A stretch of DNA of 64,000 nucleotides from an uncultured Alphaproteobacteria bacterium (GTDB taxonomy: Bacteria > Pseudomonadota > Alphaproteobacteria > HIMB59 > GCA-002718135), in NCBI GenBank assembly GCA_902567855.1, contig CACFOQ010000001.1:64308-128307 (forward strand). The letters are read 5' to 3'. Every line of letters begins with the position of its first letter. The stretch's first letter is position 1. Of this stretch, positions 10,107-23,829 are shown one piece after another. Position numbers and translations under genes: made by a program. Under the pieces are notes generated by a model, which was given only the letters and a program-made list of their open reading frames with translations, was not told the DNA's origin and made no database searches.

Positions 10107-11073
10107 GGAAAAGTTTTATAATCGCAAAATAGTAATAAATAAAGAACAAAACCTACAAAGATTAGATCAAGCATTAGCTAAGTTATCAGATTTAACTAGA
10201 TCTCAAATTAAAATTTTGATTAATAAAGGGAATATAATAAAAGATGGAAAGGCCTTTAAAGATGCTTCATATAAAGTGAAACATAATGAAGATTTTATTT
10301 TACAATTAAAGATTTCTGAAGATATTAAATTTCAAGCAGAAAACATACCTCTAGATATTATTTATGAAGATACCGAAATAATGGTCGTTAATAAAGTATC
10401 TGGAATGGTTACTCATCCCGCTCCTGGAAATAATTATGGAACTTTAGTTAATGCCTTACTAAATTATAATAAAAAAAATCTAAGTGATATTAATGAAAAA
10501 AATAGACCTGGAATCATTCATCGTCTAGATAAAGAAACAAGTGGATTATTAGTTATTGCAAAAAATAACACGTCACATTTGAATTTATCAAAGCAATTTA
10601 AAGAACATACTATTTCTAGAAAATATAGAGCAATTGTTTGGGGGGTTCCAAAAAATCAAACAATAGAAGGGTATATAGAAAGACATAAAATAAATCGAAA
10701 AAAAATGTCTTTAAACCAAAATAGAAAAGGGAAATTCTCTAAAACTAAGATAAAATTAATCCAATCATTTAAAATTGCCAGCTTGATAGAATGTAAATTA
10801 GAAACTGGAAGAACTCACCAGATTCGTGTGCATATGACATCTATTAATTCTTCAATTGTTGGAGACAAAACTTATGGTAAAAATAAAATAAATCAATTTG
10901 CTAAAGATCCAAAAACATACAATAAGTTTTTAATATTACAAAATTTTGAAAGGCAAGCTTTGCATGCTTATCATTTAGGTTTTATCCATCCAAAAACTGG
11001 AAAATATATAGAATTTAACAAGGATTTACCTAATGATATTAATAATTTACTTAAATTAATAGCAAAATATTAA
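10105..11073 (+). CDS. rluD: 23S rRNA pseudouridine synthase, RluD/RluA family
   Basis: 322 aa. N-terminal S4-like domain, catalytic 'HRLDKETSGLLVIAK', and 'GRTHQIRVH'. Confidence 0.85.
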   Translation: MEKFYNRKIVINKEQNLQRLDQALAKLSDLTRSQIKILINKGNIIKDGKAFKDASYKVKHNEDFILQLKISEDIKFQAENIPLDIIYEDTEIMVVNKVSGMVTHPAPGNNYGTLVNALLNYNKKNLSDINEKNRPGIIHRLDKETSGLLVIAKNNTSHLNLSKQFKEHTISRKYRAIVWGVPKNQTIEGYIERHKINRKKMSLNQNRKGKFSKTKIKLIQSFKIASLIECKLETGRTHQIRVHMTSINSSIVGDKTYGKNKINQFAKDPKTYNKFLILQNFERQALHAYHLGFIHPKTGKYIEFNKDLPNDINNLLKLIAKY

Positions 11074-11105
11074 TTTTTTTCTATATTTATGTTATTAGCG
11101 AATTT

Positions 11106-14333
<3,228 letters not shown>

Positions 14334-14344
<11 letters not shown>

Positions 14345-15695
14345 TAATAATCTCTTTCAATTGTTTCATTAACTTAGCTGTAACTTTATTGACTAAAAAT
14401 TCTTCTTTACCTTCAACTAATATCCTAATTAATGGTTCTGTACCTGATTTTCTAACTAAAAATCTCAAATTTCTATACTTTTTTACATATTTCAGACAAA
14501 TATTTTTAATTTTATTTTGTTGGAATTTAGAGAGCTCCATATTTAATTTTATGTTACGCTTATTTTGAGGAAATTTATTAAATAGATCAAACAAGTTGCT
14601 AGCTTTAGTATTTCTTGTAGATAGTAATTCAATGACTTTTATAGCGGCTAGTATTGCGTCACCAGTTTTCATATATTGTCCTAATATAATATGACCCGAT
14701 TGCTCACCTCCCAAATTATAAGAATTTTTTTTCATATGAGAAATAACATTTATATCTCCAACATTTTCTCTAATTAATTTTACTCCTAATTTTTCTTTCA
14801 AATATATTTCAAAACCTAAATTTGACATAACAGTTGTTACTACTGTATTTTTCTTAAGTTTTTTCGAATTTATTAAATCTTTAGCAAATAATGCAATAAT
14901 ATTATCACCATCAATTTCATTGCCTTTTTCGTCAACAACAATTAATCTATCACCATCTCCATCAAAAGCAAAACCAATATCAGCTTTTGTTAATAAAACT
15001 TTTTTAGCTAATTTTTTGGTATCAACGGCTCCACAATTAAGATTTATGTTCTTACCATTTGGCTTATTATTAATAGTGATAACTTTACATCCTATATCAA
15101 CCAGTAAATTTGGAGCAATATTATATGTAGCTCCATTAGCACAATCTAAAACTATTTTTAATTTCTTCATTTTTATTGATTTATTAATTGTAGTTTTTAA
15201 GTACTTTGAATATCTAATATGAGCATCATCTAATCTATACGCCTTACCTGATTCATAACTTAAATTAATTATTTTATTATATTTGGTATTGTTGAAAACT
15301 ATAGACTCTATTTTTTTTTCAAGAGATCTAAAAATTTTTGATCCAGTTGAATCAAAAAACTTTAATCCATTATATTCGTAGGTGTTATGAGAGGCTGTTA
15401 TCATTACTCCCATATCAGCTCGCAATGTTTTAATTAAATATGGTAAAGCTGGTGTTGGCAGAGGCCCCAAAAGAATTACATCCATACCCATAGAAATAAA
15501 ACCTGCAGTAAGCAAAGGTTCAAATAAATATCCTGACAATCTAGTATCTTTTGAAATAAGAACTTTTTTCTTTTGTTTTTTATTAGTTGCTAAAAAATAT
15601 CCAGTAGTTTTTGCTATCTTTAAACATGTTTCAGCAGTCATTGGCTCTTGATTAACTATGCAGCGTATTCCATCAGTGCCAAAAATTTTTTTCAC
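14334..15695 (-). CDS. glmM: Phosphoglucosamine mutase
   Basis: 453 aa. 'FGTDGIRC', the phosphoserine loop 'ITASHNTYEYNGLKFF', the Mg site 'FAFDGDGDRL', and 'GGEQSGH'. Confidence 0.9.
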
Positions 15696-15739
15696 AATAT
15701 CTTCTATTTAATATTTAAGAGATTTGGAAGAAATTTAAA

Positions 15740-17641
15740 TTAATTTGTCTGAGGTCTAATGGTATTTCCTGATTTAGGAACAGAGGTTGATACAGTAGGA
15801 CTAGGAGTAATATCATTATCAAAATCATCTCTATTTGGCTTAATTCCTTTAATCAAATCTTTTATTTCATCACCAGTTAAGGTCTCATATTCTAATAATC
15901 CCTTAGCAATAATATGGAGTTCTTCAATATTATCTTGAATTAATTTACGACAATTAGATTCTGCTTCATCTGCCAAAAATCTAATTTCATCATCAATTAT
16001 TTTGGCCGTAGCATCAGAATTATTTTTACTTTGAGCAACAGAATGTCCTAAAAAAACTTCTTCACTATCATTATTATATCTTAACTGACCTAGTTTTTCA
16101 CTCATACCCCACTCAGTTATCATTCTTTTTGCAAGATTAGTTACCATTTGAATATCGCTTGCTGCACCATTTGTTATTTTATCTTTTCCAAAAATTAACT
16201 CTTCAGCTATTCTTCCTCCAGTGGCAATTAACAGATGTGCTTTCATTTGATCTTTTCTCATAGAAACTTGGTCTCTCTCAGGCAATCTCATAACCATACC
16301 CAGTGCTCTCCCTCTAGGTATAATTGTAGCCTTATGAATTGGGTCTGAGGCAGGTGAATGAATTGTAGCAATAGCATGTCCAGCTTCATGATAAGCTGTT
16401 AATTTTTTTTCTTCTTCTGTCATAACCATAGATCTTCTTTCAGCTCCCATCATAACTTTATCTTTAGCACTTTCAAAATCTTCTAAGGTTACTAATCTTT
16501 TATTTTTTCTAGAAGCAAGCAAGGCTGCTTCATTTACTAAATTCGCTAAATCTGCTCCTGAAAAACCGGGGGTTCCTCTTGCTATAATTTTGGAATCAAA
16601 TTTAGGAGAAACTTTAATCTTTTTTATATGAACTTTTAAAATTTTGTCTCTTCCAATGATGTCAGGATTTGAAACTGTTATTTGTCTATCAAATCTTCCT
16701 GGTCGTAATAAAGCAGGATCTAAAACATCAGGTCTGTTTGTTGCTGCTATTATAATTACCCCTGCATTGGCTTCAAAACCATCCATTTCAACTAATAATT
16801 GATTTAACGTTTGCTCTCTCTCATCATTACCACCTCCTAGACCTGCCCCCCTATGACGACCAACAGCATCTATTTCGTCAATAAATATAATGCATGGTGA
16901 ATTTTTTTTACCTTGTTCAAACATATCTCTAACACGACTAGCTCCAACGCCTACAAACATTTCTACAAAGTCAGATCCAGATATAGAAAAAAAAGGGACA
17001 TTAGCTTCACCTGCTATTGCTCTAGCGAGTAAAGTTTTTCCTGTTCCAGGAGGCCCTACTAACAATGCTCCTGTAGGGATTTTTCCACCTAATCTAGAAA
17101 ATTTTTTAGGATCTTTCAAAAATTCAACAACTTCTTCCAATTCTTGTTTCGCTTCATCTATACCTGCAACATCATCAAAGGTTACTTTGCCTACTGCTTC
17201 GTTTAAAAGTTTAGCTTTAGATTTGCCAAAACCCATAGCTTTACCGCCACCACCTTGCATTTGACGCATAAAAAAAATCCAAACACCAATCAACAATAAC
17301 ATAGGGAACCAAGACAATAAAATGCTTAAAATTGGATGCATTGCTCTATCAGATGGTTCAGCAGTAATTTTTACTCCACTAGAATTTAATTTTTCAACCA
17401 TATCCGGATAATTAGGAGAATATGTTGTAAATGGTCTTCCATCTTCAAAATAACCATCAACATTATTCCCTCTAATATTTACTTCTGACACATTTCCCGA
17501 CTCAACTGCAACGATAAAATCAGAAAATGAAATATTAGATGTATTTCTATTAGAAGATGTACCTTGAAAAAGATTAAACAGAGCCACCAAAAGTAAGCCA
17601 ATAATAATCCAAAGAACTATATTTTTACTGAAATTTTTCAT
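15740..17641 (-). CDS. ftsH: ATP-dependent zinc metalloprotease FtsH
   Basis: 633 aa. Walker A '[11 protein letters not shown]', Walker B 'IIFIDEIDA', zinc site 'HEAGHA', and two N-terminal TM segments. Confidence 0.95.
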   Translation of the reverse strand: MKNFSKNIVLWIIIGLLLVALFNLFQGTSSNRNTSNISFSDFIVAVESGNVSEVNIRGNNVDGYFEDGRPFTTYSPNYPDMVEKLNSSGVKITAEPSDRAMHPILSILLSWFPMLLLIGVWIFFMRQMQGGGGKAMGFGKSKAKLLNEAVGKVTFDDVAGIDEAKQELEEVVEFLKDPKKFSRLGGKIPTGALLVGPPGTGKTLLARAIAGEANVPFFSISGSDFVEMFVGVGASRVRDMFEQGKKNSPCIIFIDEIDAVGRHRGAGLGGGNDEREQTLNQLLVEMDGFEANAGVIIIAATNRPDVLDPALLRPGRFDRQITVSNPDIIGRDKILKVHIKKIKVSPKFDSKIIARGTPGFSGADLANLVNEAALLASRKNKRLVTLEDFESAKDKVMMGAERRSMVMTEEEKKLTAYHEAGHAIATIHSPASDPIHKATIIPRGRALGMVMRLPERDQVSMRKDQMKAHLLIATGGRIAEELIFGKDKITNGAASDIQMVTNLAKRMITEWGMSEKLGQLRYNNDSEEVFLGHSVAQSKNNSDATAKIIDDEIRFLADEAESNCRKLIQDNIEELHIIAKGLLEYETLTGDEIKDLIKGIKPNRDDFDNDITPSPTVSTSVPKSGNTIRPQTN

Positions 17642-17708
17642 TTTTAATAGTTATATATAAATAGGAATTAATTAAAAAAACACAATAGCTAAATATTAAT
17701 TATCTTCT

Positions 17709-18668
17709 TTAAAGGCCAAAATTAATAGAAAAATGATCTTTTTTAATATCCATACCACCTAAATTAGCCTTTACAATATTCTTCATTAGTAAATTTTTTA
17801 ATAAATTATAAATCTTTTTAGATCTAATTGATTCTCTTTCTGGCATTAAAAATTTATAAATTATTTCAATTATCTTAATTTGAATTTCTTTATTCTGCTC
17901 AAAAAATTTATTAGATTCAATCAATATATTGTTATTATTTATTTTGATAATCATTTGATTAAATATTTCATAAACCATTTGTAAATAAATAGGATAATTC
18001 TTTTCTATTTTTTCAAAATCTTTTTTTACTTTTATAGAAAGAATTTTATTTTTATTTAGAAAGTTTCTTACAGCTACACGGGTATATTTGGTATTCAAAT
18101 TGCTAGGATCATTAATATATAAAATTTTATTATTTAAATTAAATTCTAAAATTTCTTTTTTAGTATTCAATAATAGAGGTCTTAATATTTGAACAGAATT
18201 ATTGATACTTTTATACTGCATTCCTCTTAGACCTTCAAAATTACTACCAGATAATTTACGAATTAAAAAAGTTTCTATATTATCATTATAATGATGAGCT
18301 AAGAATAAATGAAGGATATTTTTACGACTACAATATTTTATTAACTTTTCATATCTATTTTCTCTTGCTTCTTTCATACTTTTTTTAATTACTGATTTCT
18401 TATTAATTTTTATAATTTTAGTAGAAATTTTATTTTTTAATAAATATTTTTTTATCAAATATGATTCTTGCTTTGATTCTTTTCTTAATTGATGATCAAT
18501 AATTAGAGCAACTATGCTTCCTTTATTTATATTTATCCAATTTTTTAATAAATAAACTAAGCACATGCTATCAGGACCTCCTGATACACCTACAGCTATA
18601 GTAGGTTTTTTTTCAAAAAAATAATTTTTATTTAAATATTGATTGAAAGAGTTTTGTAAAATCTTCAT
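17709..18668 (-). CDS. tilS: tRNA(Ile)-lysidine synthase (short form)
   Basis: 319 aa with the PP-loop 'VGVSGGPDSMCL'. Sits between ftsH and the tol-pal cluster, as in other alphaproteobacteria. Confidence 0.8.
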   Translation of the reverse strand: MKILQNSFNQYLNKNYFFEKKPTIAVGVSGGPDSMCLVYLLKNWININKGSIVALIIDHQLRKESKQESYLIKKYLLKNKISTKIIKINKKSVIKKSMKEARENRYEKLIKYCSRKNILHLFLAHHYNDNIETFLIRKLSGSNFEGLRGMQYKSINNSVQILRPLLLNTKKEILEFNLNNKILYINDPSNLNTKYTRVAVRNFLNKNKILSIKVKKDFEKIEKNYPIYLQMVYEIFNQMIIKINNNNILIESNKFFEQNKEIQIKIIEIIYKFLMPERESIRSKKIYNLLKNLLMKNIVKANLGGMDIKKDHFSINFGL

Positions 18669-19600
18669 TCAGAAGGTAAAGAACAATTTAATTCAGAAAC
18701 CTTTTTAGAAACCTTAGATTTTAATTTATTATCTGGATATTCTTTGTCTAATTTTATTAAAGTTGAGCAAGCATCATTTTTTTTATCAATTAAAACTAAT
18801 GATTCAGATAATTTATATAGCATGTCTGGAGCTTTAATACTCTTTGGAAATTTTTGATATCCTTCAGCTAGTATTAGTGCTGCTTCTCTATGTTCTTTTT
18901 TAAGTAAATAAATTTCTCCTAACCAATAATGAGCAGTTCCAGATAGTGAGTTTTCCTTATTCTTTTCTATAAAAACTAAAAATGAAGTTTTTGCTTCTTC
19001 AAATCTTTGGTTTCTTAATAAATCAAAGGCTAGCTGAAATTGATCTTCTGGACTTAGATTAGGAAGTTTTTCATTTTCGTCTGATAAGTCTATTTTTTGA
19101 CTTTGAGAAGTATTTTCACTTTTAGAGAGATCTTCTGAATTAATTACAAGAGATCCTAAAGTATTTTCTTCTTTAATTTCTGAATTTGATAAAGTGGAAT
19201 TTTCATTAATTTTTTCATCCATATTATCTTCATTGATATTGTTTTCAATTTTTAGAGAAAGAGTAGATAATTCAATGTTCAGCTCTTTATATAATTGATT
19301 GAGATCATCCAATTGAAAAATTAATTCTTCAAAACTATTATTTAATTTTTTAATATCTTTTTCTAAATCGTATATCCTTAAATCAAAGGCTGTTAAATCT
19401 ATTGTACTAGTTTTCTCTTCTGATTTTTCTTTTGGCTCAATACTGTCTCTTGTTGAAGTAAAAACTGATTTAGATAAGTCATTTACTTCTCTTTGAAGTC
19501 GATCCAATTGTTGTTTTAATGTTAACAATGAATCTTGAGCATTAGCTAAAGAGAAAAAAAATAAAAATATTGAAAAAAATATATATTTAATCATTAACAA
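18665..19600 (-). CDS. cpoB: Tol-Pal system protein CpoB/YbgF
   Basis: 311 aa. Signal peptide, coiled-coil N-terminal domain, and a C-terminal TPR-like region ('AHYWLGEIYLLKKEHREAALILAEGYQKFPKS'). Located downstream of pal. Confidence 0.7.
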   Translation of the reverse strand: MLMIKYIFFSIFLFFFSLANAQDSLLTLKQQLDRLQREVNDLSKSVFTSTRDSIEPKEKSEEKTSTIDLTAFDLRIYDLEKDIKKLNNSFEELIFQLDDLNQLYKELNIELSTLSLKIENNINEDNMDEKINENSTLSNSEIKEENTLGSLVINSEDLSKSENTSQSQKIDLSDENEKLPNLSPEDQFQLAFDLLRNQRFEEAKTSFLVFIEKNKENSLSGTAHYWLGEIYLLKKEHREAALILAEGYQKFPKSIKAPDMLYKLSESLVLIDKKNDACSTLIKLDKEYPDNKLKSKVSKKVSELNCSLPSE

Positions 19601-19628
19601 ATACTAAATTAAATATGAGTTACAAATA

Positions 19629-19654
19629 AGGCGCTAAATTATTTATTAGCGCCT
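19629..19654 (-). terminator. Putative intrinsic terminator/attenuator hairpin between pal and cpoB
   Basis: Perfect 9-bp inverted repeat: AGGCGCTAA (19629-19637) and TTAGCGCCT (19646-19654) around an 8-nt loop. It is the only GC-rich stem in the 74-nt pal-cpoB spacer. The minus-strand transcript continues with TATTTGTAAC. Confidence 0.5.
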
Positions 19655-19674
19655 ATAGTATTAAGGCTTTTGAA

Positions 19675-20211
19675 TTAGTTAACAGTAGTAACTGATCTTC
19701 TATTTTGACTCCATGCACCATCATTTGATCCAACAACAGCTGGTCTTTCTTTTCCAAAACTTATTGTTGAAATTTGTGAAGATGAAATTCCTAAACTAGT
19801 CATATAATTTTTAACAGCTTGTGCTCTTTTTTCACCTAATGCTAAGTTATATTCTCTAGTTCCTCTCTCATCACAATGTCCTTCAATGGTTATTGAAGCA
19901 TTATGTTGCTTAATCCATGCAACTTGATCTTGCAGTAATTCTTTTGCATCTGAATCTAATTCTGAACTGTCATAACCAAAAAATACTCTATCTCCGACAT
20001 TAACTACTAAATCTTCTTGAGAACCCGGTTCAATATTTGGACCACCTAACTCTGTATTTTCTAAATCAGCTAGTATATCAGAATCACCAGAAGCAGGATC
20101 AGATGAAGATGAACTTCCACTACCAGATGACCCAGCTGTATCTTTTGGCGTAGTAGAACAAGCAGATATAAAAGCTGCTAAAAAAATTGATAATAAAAAC
20201 TTATAAAACAT
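19675..20211 (-). CDS. pal: Peptidoglycan-associated lipoprotein Pal
   Basis: 178 aa. Lipobox 'FISAC', Ser/Gly-rich linker, and the OmpA-like domain 'EGHCDERGTREYNLALGEKRA'. Confidence 0.88.
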   Translation of the reverse strand: MFYKFLLSIFLAAFISACSTTPKDTAGSSGSGSSSSSDPASGDSDILADLENTELGGPNIEPGSQEDLVVNVGDRVFFGYDSSELDSDAKELLQDQVAWIKQHNASITIEGHCDERGTREYNLALGEKRAQAVKNYMTSLGISSSQISTISFGKERPAVVGSNDGAWSQNRRSVTTVN

Positions 20212-20318
20212 TAATAACTCCCTTAATACTTATTATGCTTTTTGATATCTAATAAATCTAAGATTTAATAGCATTTTTTTATATAATTCATATATTTTTT
20301 TTTAAAAAAGACTGTAAT

Positions 20319-21638
20319 TCAATGTAATAATGGTGACCACGCTGGATCTGAGCCACCTAAAGGGGTAATGATTTTTCGCTCATTATACCCAGTTAAATCA
20401 ATAGAATATAGGCTAGACTCTCCACCACTTCCGTCTTCCGCAGTGCGTTCTTCTTTAAAATACATCAAATATCTGCCATTTGGAGACCAGGTAGGACCCT
20501 CTACATGAAATGATTTAGCAATCATTCTTTCATTTGATCCATCCACTTCCATTACACCAATATAAAATTGTCCTCCTTCTTGTTTAGTAAAAGCAATAAA
20601 ATCACCTCTTGGAGACCAAACTGGCGTATAATAACTTCCAGCTTCTCTACTTATTCTTTTAATTTTTTCACCATCTAAAGAAGTTATATATAGATGTCTT
20701 CTTCCACTTCTATCAGAATTGAAAACAATTTGTTTTCCATCTGGAGAAAAACTAGCAGAAACATCTATTGCAGAGCTATTTGTAATTCTTTTTGAAATTC
20801 TAGTTGCTAAATCTAAAATATAAATTTCAGAATTACCAATTTTTGGATCAGCATATGACATAACTATTTTTTTTCCATCAGGTGAAAAACGCGGTGCAAA
20901 TGTCATTCCAGGAAAATCACCTACGATTTCCTGACGCCCAGTTTCAATATCAAATATAAAAACTCTAGGATTATTTCTTTTTATATAAGACATGTATGTA
21001 ATTTTTTGAGAGTTTGGAGAAAATCGCGGAGTAAGAACTAAGTAAGATCCATCTGTTAAAAAACGGTGATTGGCTTGATCTTGATCCATTATAGCTAGTC
21101 GCTTTTGTTTATTATCTTTTGGGCCAGTTTCTGCTACATAAACTATACGCGTATCAAAATATCCACTGTCACCTGTAAGTCTTGAAAAAATTGCATCAGA
21201 AATAATATGGGAAACTCTTCTCCAATTCTTCTCTGTAGTTTCATACTTTTTGCCAATTAATTCTTTTTGAGCAAAAACATCATATAACCTAAACTCTACA
21301 GATATTTTATCACCTTTTTTATTAATCTTGCCAGATACAAGATGTTGAGATTTAATAACTTTCCAATCTTCAAATCTTGGACCTTGAGCTAAAGACTTAG
21401 AACTTTGTATAAAAGCTTTTTGATCAATTGGCAAAAACAAACCAGAACGTTCTAAATTATCTGAAATAACCATTGAAATATCTTTACCTATTCTAAATGT
21501 TGAATCATTAGAGGAAAAAAAATTACTTATAGCTATTGGGGTAGGTTTAATACTTCCTTGAGTAATTGTTAAATCTAAAGATAAAACTTTATTATTAAGA
21601 AAGATAATTGTAATGAAAAAAAATAAAAACTTTCGCAT
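20319..21638 (-). CDS. tolB: Tol-Pal system beta-propeller protein TolB
   Basis: 439 aa. Signal peptide and repeated propeller blades ('PRFSPDGKKIV', 'SFSPDGKQIVF', 'WSPNGRYL'). Confidence 0.9.
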   Translation of the reverse strand: MRKFLFFFITIIFLNNKVLSLDLTITQGSIKPTPIAISNFFSSNDSTFRIGKDISMVISDNLERSGLFLPIDQKAFIQSSKSLAQGPRFEDWKVIKSQHLVSGKINKKGDKISVEFRLYDVFAQKELIGKKYETTEKNWRRVSHIISDAIFSRLTGDSGYFDTRIVYVAETGPKDNKQKRLAIMDQDQANHRFLTDGSYLVLTPRFSPNSQKITYMSYIKRNNPRVFIFDIETGRQEIVGDFPGMTFAPRFSPDGKKIVMSYADPKIGNSEIYILDLATRISKRITNSSAIDVSASFSPDGKQIVFNSDRSGRRHLYITSLDGEKIKRISREAGSYYTPVWSPRGDFIAFTKQEGGQFYIGVMEVDGSNERMIAKSFHVEGPTWSPNGRYLMYFKEERTAEDGSGGESSLYSIDLTGYNERKIITPLGGSDPAWSPLLH

Positions 21639-21641
21639 TGT

Positions 21642-22673
21642 TTAATTACCTCTCATTATACTATAATCAAACTTCATAGTTAAATTTTTCCATAATTCAT
21701 ATTTATCTTCGGGAAGTTTTAAGGGAATACAATCTGGATTAAGTAGAGTTCTCATAGCGCTTTCTGTAATAGGTCCATATACAGTACTACTTTTAGATAT
21801 ATTTGTGTCAACAATACGAATAGAATTCTCCAAAACCCTTCTATTACGTTGAATTTTAGCTGAAATTTTAACATACATCGATTTATTTATTTCAGCTCCA
21901 GCTGGAGCAATAAAACATCTGGAGAGTTGCTGTAAAACAAGATCTATTTCACTTATAGATAATTCGGCTCCTCCTTCTTCTACAGCCTCTTGAGTTTCTT
22001 TTTTAATTATATCTTTTTTTTCTTCTTCATTAATATTATCTACTTTTGGGGTAGTTTTTTCATTTCTTAAATCTTTTAACATGGATGCTATATCAAATTT
22101 AGGTTCAGGTTTTGGTTTTGGTTTTAATTCAATTGATACATCTGTTTTTGTATTATCTTCTATAATTGTAGGTTTAATTTTAGGTTTTAACTTTGGTTTT
22201 ATTTTCTCTGTAGGCAAGCTCTCAAAATTAGTTGTCTCAAGTTCTATTTTTTTTTTTATTATCTCATTAGGTATTGTTTTTTTTTCTTTTATTTGAACAC
22301 TTTCTTTAATATTAATGTTTTTTTCATCTTCAATATTTTTAACTTTTGGCTTATCTTTTATTTCAATCTTTTTAATTTCTTGACTTTCTGATGAATTAAA
22401 TTTTTTTTCTTTTATTTGAACCTGCTTAGATTCTGAGGGCTTAATATCCTTTATTTCTTTAGGTATAGAAGTAATTTCTGAAACATTTATAATCTCTATT
22501 GGAATGATTGTAGGTACATATATAGGCTTTGGTTCAAAAAAATTTGGAATACCAATGGCAAATAACAAAATAGCAAAGTGTAAAAAAAAAGAAAAAGAAA
22601 ATCCTAAATAGTCGCTTCTGACATTATCAAAAAAATAGAGAAACTTACTGTATTTTTCTACAAACTGATTCAT
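21642..22673 (-). CDS. tolA: TolA-like cell-envelope integrity protein
   Basis: 343 aa. One N-terminal TM ('FSFFLHFAILLFAIGI'), a long K/E/P-rich linker ('KPKLKPKIKP...KPKPKPEPK') and a globular C-terminus. Position between tolR and tolB. Confidence 0.6.
   Translation of the reverse strand: MNQFVEKYSKFLYFFDNVRSDYLGFSFSFFLHFAILLFAIGIPNFFEPKPIYVPTIIPIEIINVSEITSIPKEIKDIKPSESKQVQIKEKKFNSSESQEIKKIEIKDKPKVKNIEDEKNINIKESVQIKEKKTIPNEIIKKKIELETTNFESLPTEKIKPKLKPKIKPTIIEDNTKTDVSIELKPKPKPEPKFDIASMLKDLRNEKTTPKVDNINEEEKKDIIKKETQEAVEEGGAELSISEIDLVLQQLSRCFIAPAGAEINKSMYVKISAKIQRNRRVLENSIRIVDTNISKSSTVYGPITESAMRTLLNPDCIPLKLPEDKYELWKNLTMKFDYSIMRGN
22108..22125 (-). repeat. Short tandem hexanucleotide repeat (GGTTTT)x3 encoding the (KP)n linker of TolA
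   Basis: Plus-strand 'ggttttggttttggtttt' read directly. It translates on the minus strand to the KPKPKP segment of the TolA-like protein. Confidence 0.6.
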
Positions 22674-22676
22674 TTA

Positions 22677-23105
22677 TTAATCACTAGGATTTTGAGCAAC
22701 TAAAGCTACCTTTACGTAGCCAGCAGAATTTATTATTGACATTATTTCCATTACCCTTCCGTAAGCAACCACTCTATCACCTCTAACATAAATTCTAGCT
22801 TCTGTATTTTGATCAGTTATAGCATTAAGTCTAGGTATTAAATTTTCAATTTCTACTTCTGACTCTCCTAAATAAATTAAACCATCAAGCTTAACTGTAA
22901 TTTCTATAGGATCTTTTTGGTCTGTTAATGCATCAGCTTTAACTTTAGGTAAATCTACAGGAATTCCAACTGTTAATAATGGTGCAGTGACCATAAAAAC
23001 AATTAGTAATACAAGCATAACATCAACAAATGGAGTGACATTAATTTCACTCATCTGAGAATATCTTTTTGTTCTTCTCGTATTTTTTTGATTAAATGTT
23101 TGCAA
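22677..23105 (-). CDS. tolR: Tol-Pal system protein TolR (ExbD/TolR family)
   Basis: 142 aa with 'INVTPFVDVMLVLLIVFMVTAP', the single-TM signature of ExbD/TolR. Confidence 0.85.
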   Translation of the reverse strand: MQTFNQKNTRRTKRYSQMSEINVTPFVDVMLVLLIVFMVTAPLLTVGIPVDLPKVKADALTDQKDPIEITVKLDGLIYLGESEVEIENLIPRLNAITDQNTEARIYVRGDRVVAYGRVMEIMSIINSAGYVKVALVAQNPSD

Positions 23106-23106
23106 A

Positions 23107-23826
23107 TTATTTATTTTCTAGTTGACGAAAAAAGATTGTTGTAAATTCATCTATAAATGTTTCAAGTGATATAAAATATTTAGATAAGTCACTAGAAATT
23201 TTGTTATAAGCCACTACTGCAGGAATGGCGACAAATAAACCTAGAGCAGTAGCAAACAATGCTTCAGCTATTCCTGGAGCAACAACAGCTAGATTTGTGT
23301 TTTGTGCAATAGCTATTGATTGAAAGCTATTCATAATTCCCCAAACTGTTCCAAAAAGACCTATAAAAGGTGCAGTTGATCCTGCAGTTGCTAAAAATGT
23401 TAGATTTTTTTCTATATTTTCAGATTCTTTATTAAATGTAACTTGCATTGTTCTTAACATTCTTTCTTTTAAAGAATTTAATTCTTCAAGTTTAAGGTCT
23501 TTTGTATCTGCATTAGTTTTTTTCCATTCTGCTATTGCTGAACAAAATATTTTAGATTTAGGATCTGATTGATTATAATTAAACGTTTCAAATAAATCAT
23601 TAAAAGAATTACCAGACCAAAAAATTTCATCAAATTCCTCATCTAATTTTTTTAATCTATTTATTCTAATAATTTTACTAACAATAATATTCCAAGAATA
23701 TATAGAAGATAAAATTAAGACAATTATTACAGATTTAACAACCCAGTCAGCTCTTAAAAAAAGAGTCAAAAATGAAAAGTCTACTGAGCCTGAGGCTATT
23801 TCTGATGCAATATTAACTTCTTCCAT
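23107..23826 (-). CDS. tolQ: Tol-Pal system protein TolQ (MotA/TolQ/ExbB family)
   Basis: 239 aa with the 'GSTAPFIGLFGTVWGIM' proton-channel motif. 1-nt spacer to tolR. Confidence 0.88.
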   Translation of the reverse strand: MEEVNIASEIASGSVDFSFLTLFLRADWVVKSVIIVLILSSIYSWNIIVSKIIRINRLKKLDEEFDEIFWSGNSFNDLFETFNYNQSDPKSKIFCSAIAEWKKTNADTKDLKLEELNSLKERMLRTMQVTFNKESENIEKNLTFLATAGSTAPFIGLFGTVWGIMNSFQSIAIAQNTNLAVVAPGIAEALFATALGLFVAIPAVVAYNKISSDLSKYFISLETFIDEFTTIFFRQLENK

Positions 23827-23829
23827 AAA

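Noticed and set aside
16890-17264. Longest antisense ORF (124 aa), opposite the AAA+ domain of ftsH.
   Set aside because: It mirrors the most conserved, relatively GC-richer part of ftsH (Walker A/B region), where stop codons are depleted on the opposite strand. Pro/Ser/Thr-rich translation and no independent start or SD context.
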